A DNA stretch of 11,224 nt from positions 1 through 11,224 of the forward strand of contig JAAFKJ010000095.1 in NCBI GenBank assembly GCA_021399395.1, given 5' to 3'. The notes beneath the pieces are model-generated. The model searched no databases. It worked only from the letters and a program-made list of their open reading frames with translations, and had not been told where the DNA came from. The DNA is from Candidatus Heimdallarchaeota archaeon. Lineage in GTDB: Archaea; Asgardarchaeota; Heimdallarchaeia; Heimdallarchaeales; Heimdallarchaeaceae. Shown in pieces: positions 6,800-11,224 of this stretch (its first letter is position 1; every line of letters begins with the position of its first letter). Both the position numbers and the translations under genes were made by a program.

Positions 6800-8701
6800 T
6801 TGATTGAATCCTACAAATATAGCGAAGCTTTGGAGGAAATCAGAGAAATAGAAGGTTCTCATACTCTCACAGAAAGACAATTTGCAGTACTGATGATCAA
6901 GAAGGCATTTGTACAAAAACAATTGGGATTCTTTGAAAAAGCAAAATCCTTAGCTCAGCATACTATCAATCTCTTTGGTGAAACTATTCTTTCCTTAGAT
7001 GAAAAGTACGACCTATTCATAATAATTATTGAAACATTATGGCAACTCGGAGAATTTGAAGAAAGTTTACTCCTAATTGAACGAATAGAGAACAAAATCA
7101 AAAATGATGAGAAAAATGTTCCATTAGAGCTCCAGAACAAGATAGATGCACTAATTTTTCTAAACAAAAGTTCAATCTACAGCTTCATTGATTTAAAGAA
7201 ATCCGAGGTTTTTATAGAGCGTACCCTTGAGTTCACCGAAGAAATCGATGATGAGATATTATACGCACAAAGTCTCTTTCGTAAAGGTAAGATATTAACA
7301 TTTCAAGGACAAATTCTCGAAGCTATCGAAGTTCTTGAACAAAGTCTAGATATTGGCAGAAAACTCAACCATTATATTGTAATGGCTGATGCACTTGTGG
7401 CAATTGGCGAGATACACAGATTACGAGGGGATTTTGGAAAAGCTCTTCAATTCTATAATACTGCTCTGATTCTTCATCAAGAAATAGGGAATATCTTTGG
7501 TATGGCTGTAATTTACAACAATGTAGGTATAGTCTATTATAGCAAAGGGGATTATGATAATTCATTCGAATACTTTACTAAAAGTTTGAAAAGGGCACTT
7601 GAAATAAACTTCAAGTTTACTGTTGTTGAATCATTGTTTTATCTTATTAATATTCTAGTCAGTAAAGATCAATTGTTTGAGGCTAAAGAACATTTACAGG
7701 TGTCAAAAGATACATCTGTAGATCAAACAGAAACTATGATCTCATATTATTCTCTTCTTTCAGAGGTTGTATTGCTCAGAACCGATAATCGGTTCACCAG
7801 CTTAGGAAAAGCACACGATATTCTACGAGAAATTATAAGTAAAAATCTGGTATATCATGAAATCAATATTCATGCAATGTTGAATTTGTGTGAGATTCTT
7901 CTTCATGAATTGAGATTTTCCGGCAAAACAGAAGTTTTAGCTGACTTAGGAGGACTAACCGACAATCTTTTGGAAATCGCTGAAGAGCAGTTTTCTCATT
8001 CTCTACTTGCTGAAGTTTATTGGCTAAAGGGAAGACTTGCATTAGTAGATGCTGACCTTGATAAAGCAAGAGGTTTTCTGTCTACTGCTCAATCCATAGC
8101 TGAAGGTCAAGACTTGGAAAACTTAGCAAGAAAGATATCTAGTGATCATGACAATTTATTAAATGAGTTAAATATCTGGAAGAATCTTATTGAGGAAGAA
8201 GCTAGTTTAGCAGATAGAATACAAGAATCAAAGATAGACAAACTCGTAGCTAATATGATTAATCGTGCAACTTTTGATCTTCAAGAAATTGAGAATGATA
8301 CACCTGTTATGTTAATTCTGTTAAATGAAGGTGGTGTTCCTCTCTTCTCACAACAATTTGGTACAGGAAAAAAAGTAAATCAAATCTTACTTTCAGGTTT
8401 CCTATCAGCTATAAATAATATTGTTCAAGAAGTATTCTCAACTAAGGGTTCATTACGCAGAATTGAGCACCAAAATTATTTGTTAATCTTTCAAAACATA
8501 GAGAATATTATTGTTTGCTACGCTTTCAAAGGTTCTAGCTTTTCAGCTAGAAAGAAGTTAAACTACTTTACAAAGCAAATCGAAACCTCTTCATTTAAAG
8601 AAGACTTCATGTTTTCTTCATCAACTGGAAAAGTTCTAGAAGATGAGAAATATGAACTTCTTGAGAAATGGGCTACAGAGATTTTTGAGATGCAAATCTA
8701 A
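6800..8701 (+). CDS. Tetratricopeptide-repeat protein with C-terminal longin/roadblock-like domain (true start may be ATT 6761)
   Basis: Several TPR units (e.g. ADALVAIGEIHRLRGDFGKALQFY, AVIYNNVGIVYYSKGDYDNSFEYF). C-terminal PVMLILLNEGGVPLFSQQF...LLSGFLSAINNIVQEVF...LRRIEHQNYLLIF...IIVCYAFKG has the strand-strand-helix-strand pattern of longin-like domains. The frame is open upstream to 6740. Confidence 0.85.
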   Translation: MIESYKYSEALEEIREIEGSHTLTERQFAVLMIKKAFVQKQLGFFEKAKSLAQHTINLFGETILSLDEKYDLFIIIIETLWQLGEFEESLLLIERIENKIKNDEKNVPLELQNKIDALIFLNKSSIYSFIDLKKSEVFIERTLEFTEEIDDEILYAQSLFRKGKILTFQGQILEAIEVLEQSLDIGRKLNHYIVMADALVAIGEIHRLRGDFGKALQFYNTALILHQEIGNIFGMAVIYNNVGIVYYSKGDYDNSFEYFTKSLKRALEINFKFTVVESLFYLINILVSKDQLFEAKEHLQVSKDTSVDQTETMISYYSLLSEVVLLRTDNRFTSLGKAHDILREIISKNLVYHEINIHAMLNLCEILLHELRFSGKTEVLADLGGLTDNLLEIAEEQFSHSLLAEVYWLKGRLALVDADLDKARGFLSTAQSIAEGQDLENLARKISSDHDNLLNELNIWKNLIEEEASLADRIQESKIDKLVANMINRATFDLQEIENDTPVMLILLNEGGVPLFSQQFGTGKKVNQILLSGFLSAINNIVQEVFSTKGSLRRIEHQNYLLIFQNIENIIVCYAFKGSSFSARKKLNYFTKQIETSSFKEDFMFSSSTGKVLEDEKYELLEKWATEIFEMQI

Positions 8702-9735
8702 TGGGGAAGATCACTGATTTTCATAGTAAAACATTTTTCTTCTAGATACATCTTGAAACCCATTCGATTATTTATTGATAACATTGGTGCATTTGTGTCA
8801 GCGTTTCCAGTAATAACAAATTTTACATCGGGAAATTCATTCTTGATGAAAAATAGCATTTCGGCCTTTAACCACTTCCCTAGCCCCCTTCCTCTGAAAT
8901 TTAGGGTTACTCCTGTTAATTCCTGTTCGACTTTGTGAGATCTTGCTTTATGATAGAAGATTTCTGTTATTCCACTCAAATCACCTGTTGATTCACGTGT
9001 GATTAAAGTATGCCATTCATATCCTAATTCTTCAAATCTTCCCTCAGTTTCTCTTACTTTTTTTGGAGTGATGTCTTCTGGTTTCCATTCAAAATCTCCC
9101 ATTGGAACGAGATTCATGATTTTTGTATATAATACGGAATAATCTTCGATTATGTCCTCTGGACACTTTCGAAAAGATACAAGATCAATTCTTTCTTCCC
9201 TTGCTCTTTTGTGACCCTCTTCTCTCCATTTGTCAATCATTTCCCAATCTACATCTTCAAGATAGAGTCTATTTTGGGCTCCCTCTATAGCTACTTTTGC
9301 ATTTAAGCTTTCCCAAAATTCTTTTACCCTTTCTCTATAACAACATGTTTCAATTGTTGTAATAGATTCAAATTCTTGTAAAGTTTTTATGGTGTCTTTT
9401 AAAAGTATTTTAGCTAAGTACTGAAAATCATAATTTTCGTTAGCAGTAATGAACAAATTGGCAATGTGTTTATTCTTTTCATAATCAGCATTTTCTTTAG
9501 TTCTTACCATTAAAGAATAAGCAGCACAAATATTACCTTCATCATCATACATTATTTTTCTGATTCTCTTTTCACCAGGAATCTTCATCCTTGTTCTACT
9601 TTGTGAATATTCTTTTGGTGGAACCGGATCTCTTGTGTTCAATTCGATGAAAAGTGAATCATAATACTCTGTATATTTGTCAAAGAGTTGTTCATCAGCT
9701 GTTTCAGGTATGAAATCTTGTAAAGCATAATCCAT
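8698..9735 (-). CDS. Tandem two-domain GNAT N-acetyltransferase
   Basis: C-terminal domain has TGV-x3-FRGRGLGKWLK (motif A) and TGNADTNAPMLSINNRMGF (motif B). ATG at 9735 is preferred to TTG at 9753 because a TATA box lies 23-29 nt upstream of it. Confidence 0.88.
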   Translation of the reverse strand: MDYALQDFIPETADEQLFDKYTEYYDSLFIELNTRDPVPPKEYSQSRTRMKIPGEKRIRKIMYDDEGNICAAYSLMVRTKENADYEKNKHIANLFITANENYDFQYLAKILLKDTIKTLQEFESITTIETCCYRERVKEFWESLNAKVAIEGAQNRLYLEDVDWEMIDKWREEGHKRAREERIDLVSFRKCPEDIIEDYSVLYTKIMNLVPMGDFEWKPEDITPKKVRETEGRFEELGYEWHTLITRESTGDLSGITEIFYHKARSHKVEQELTGVTLNFRGRGLGKWLKAEMLFFIKNEFPDVKFVITGNADTNAPMLSINNRMGFKMYLEEKCFTMKISDLPH

Positions 9736-9757
9736 ATGCGCAGAAAAAATCAAACAC

Positions 9758-9770
9758 TATTAAATGTTTC
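9758..9770 (-). promoter_or_regulatory. BRE+TATA (GAAACATTTAATA) for the tandem GNAT gene
   Basis: TTTAATA at 9764-9758, preceded by purine-rich GAAACA, at leaderless distance from ATG 9735. Confidence 0.55.
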
Positions 9771-9783
9771 AAATGTTTACATG

Positions 9784-10302
9784 TTAGATTTTCTTTTCCA
9801 TATAATTCCAAAGATGTCTAAAAACTTCAGGAACTTCAGATTCAGGAAATATTTCTCTATCAACAAATCCCATTTTTTTGTATAAACCATATGCAGCTTC
9901 CATGAAAGGTGCAGTATCTAGATAAATTTCTGAATATTGGTATTCTTCGATTTTTCCTAATAATTTTTGTATAAGTTGTTTCCCTAATCCTCTTCCTCTA
10001 TATTCGGGTTTCACATACATACGTTTTATCTCAGCCACTCCATCTCTCAATTTGCGGAATGCACCCATACCTGCGTAATGTGTATCCTCCTTTATAAGAA
10101 AACAAATACCTTCAGGCGGACTAAAAGAATATATCTCATCTATTTTACTTCTTATATATTCTCCCACTGGTCCTACTTCTGCTCTTGCATCGATTTTGAG
10201 GTTTTTTTCAATTTCATCAAATATCCAAGACATATACTCAATATTCAGTTTTATCAATTCTTCCCTATGGATTTCTGGGTTTAAAGGAATAAATTCAGTC
10301 AT
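9784..10302 (-). CDS. Single-domain GNAT N-acetyltransferase
   Basis: AEIKRMYVKPEYRGRGLGKQL (motif A) and YLDTAPFMEAAYGLYKKMGF (motif B). SD AGGTGAT lies 3 nt before the ATG. Confidence 0.93.
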   Translation of the reverse strand: MTEFIPLNPEIHREELIKLNIEYMSWIFDEIEKNLKIDARAEVGPVGEYIRSKIDEIYSFSPPEGICFLIKEDTHYAGMGAFRKLRDGVAEIKRMYVKPEYRGRGLGKQLIQKLLGKIEEYQYSEIYLDTAPFMEAAYGLYKKMGFVDREIFPESEVPEVFRHLWNYMEKKI

Positions 10303-10305
10303 ATC

Positions 10306-10312
10306 ATCACCT
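10306..10312 (-). promoter_or_regulatory. Shine-Dalgarno AGGTGAT
   Basis: Archaeal-type SD in the 12-nt gap between the SnoaL-like stop and the GNAT start, suggesting co-transcription. Confidence 0.7.
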
Positions 10313-10314
10313 AC

Positions 10315-10710
10315 TTATCCAGAAGAAACAGAAATGTGCCCCTGAACTATCTTCCATTGATCCTCTTTTTTGACTAAAACACCAGTTAATCTAGCTGGAA
10401 TAGTCATAATCTCTACTCCGACTTTCAAAGTAACCTTAACTTCAGAAGCGATCCACGCAACTGAACCATGAGAACCGATTTTTAACCAATCATAACTTAA
10501 GGATATTTCCTCAAATCGTTCTTTCTCTTGAGCAGGAGCATTATGATATTCTTCCCATCCTAACCATTTTTCAGCAGTACCTAACATAACAAGATTCTCA
10601 TCTTGAGAGAATAAATTTAGATACCTTTCAATATCCTCTTTGGAATACGCGCTTACAAATTTATTAAAGAAACTTTTAACTTCCATCTCTATTTGAGGGT
10701 CGTTACTCAA
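10315..10710 (-). CDS. NTF2/SnoaL-like (nuclear transport factor 2 family) protein
   Basis: 131 aa with FVSAYSKEDIERYLNLFS, GTAEKWLGWEE, VAWIASE and RLTGVLVKKEDQWKIVQGHIS, typical of SnoaL_3/DUF4440 proteins. TTG start follows a strong SD. Confidence 0.88.
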   Translation of the reverse strand: MSNDPQIEMEVKSFFNKFVSAYSKEDIERYLNLFSQDENLVMLGTAEKWLGWEEYHNAPAQEKERFEEISLSYDWLKIGSHGSVAWIASEVKVTLKVGVEIMTIPARLTGVLVKKEDQWKIVQGHISVSSG

Positions 10711-10713
10711 ATA

Positions 10714-10721
10714 ATCACCTC
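10714..10721 (-). promoter_or_regulatory. Shine-Dalgarno GAGGTGAT
   Basis: Lies 3 nt upstream of TTG 10710, with TATA-like TTTATTAA at 10752-10745. Confidence 0.7.
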
Positions 10722-10798
10722 AAATAAATACTACGGTGTTGAGATTAATAAATCTTGTTTGCACCATCAGATTTGCTGATTTCGGGCTTATGAATTAG

Positions 10799-10851
10799 AA
10801 AAAAAACAAAAATAAAGAGAAAACTTGAAACTCTTCAAGTCTTCTTCTCTT
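10799..10851 (-). terminator. Hairpin plus long T-tract terminator
   Basis: Perfect 7-bp stem ACTTGAA(10823-29)/TTCAAGT(10834-40) with a 4-nt loop and outer pairing AAGAGAA/TTCTCTT. On the minus strand it is followed by TATTTTTGTTTTTTTT, just downstream of the stop at 10863. Confidence 0.6.
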
Positions 10852-10862
10852 CATTTCTTTCG

Positions 10863-11224
10863 TTATTTTTCCTCAGTTATAGGATCTACAAACATTACAG
10901 GCTCTACATCGTAGATTATCCCACGGGTTCGAATTGGGTCTAAATGGTCTATTTTTCTTCTACCGACAGCTAGATTGATGTAAGCTAGTAACCATTCCCA
11001 AGTTCCTATAAATCTTAGTTTATCCCAAGCTCTGATAACAAGATCAGCAGTAATAAGGAATACTACTGAAAGCAATGCTGCATTTAGGAAAGGCATCTGG
11101 TATCTTGCAACATATTCCCAGCTCCATCCAGCACTGGCAGCAACAATATTCAGAACTTTCTCTGGGATGAAGATGAGTATCTGGAACATATAGACAGTTA
11201 GTGCTACCACTCCCCATCTTCTGA
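10863..11224 (-). CDS. C-terminal part of a DUF418/DUF1624-type membrane protein (5' end outside window)
   Basis: The frame stays open to the window edge (…RRWGVVALTVYMFQ). Hydrophobic helices and WDKLRFIGTWEWLL match the C-terminus of the 3082-4422 protein (WNFVEFKGSFEWLL). Confidence 0.75.
   Translation of the reverse strand, partial: RRWGVVALTVYMFQILIFIPEKVLNIVAASAGWSWEYVARYQMPFLNAALLSVVFLITADLVIRAWDKLRFIGTWEWLLAYINLAVGRRKIDHLDPIRTRGIIYDVEPVMFVDPITEEK

Noticed and set aside
6955-8069. Three short minus-strand ORFs (6955-7167, 7365-7565, 7863-8069)
   Set aside because: Antisense shadows within the TPR-longin gene, without protein-like features.
8753-10284. Plus-strand ORFs 8753-8938 and 10078-10284
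   Set aside because: Antisense shadows of the two GNAT genes.
10863-11210. Complete 115-aa protein starting at GTG 11210
   Set aside because: The frame remains open to the window edge and matches only the C-terminus of a larger membrane protein family, so the GTG is an internal Val.
1-11224. CRISPR array, tRNA/rRNA, IS element or tandem DNA repeats
   Set aside because: Intergenic gaps are short and AT-rich. I saw no regularly spaced repeats, GC-rich structured RNA, transposase/integrase ORF or terminal inverted repeats by eye.

Overview
AT-rich, gene-dense window that looks archaeal, most likely Asgard (Heimdallarchaeia-like). This taxonomy is inferred from a TPR protein with a C-terminal longin-like domain, TATA boxes about 23-30 nt upstream of start codons, GGTGAT Shine-Dalgarno motifs and a secreted protein with a C-terminal anchor. 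It holds 9 well-supported complete CDSs, one partial CDS and one doubtful small ORF. The products are a KNTase-like nucleotidyltransferase with an apparently duplicated C-terminal helical domain, an F390-synthetase/PaaK-like adenylate-forming enzyme, two related DUF1624/DUF418-type membrane acyltransferase-like proteins (one truncated by the window edge), a C-terminally anchored surface protein, a divergent DegT/DnrJ PLP enzyme, the TPR-longin protein, two GNAT acetyltransferases and a SnoaL/NTF2-like protein. I saw no rRNA, tRNA, CRISPR array or mobile element. The most notable points are the density of small-molecule/amino-sugar modifying enzymes, the internal duplication in the nucleotidyltransferase and a likely non-canonical ATT start for the TPR-longin gene. 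All family calls come from motif recognition by eye, not from database searches.
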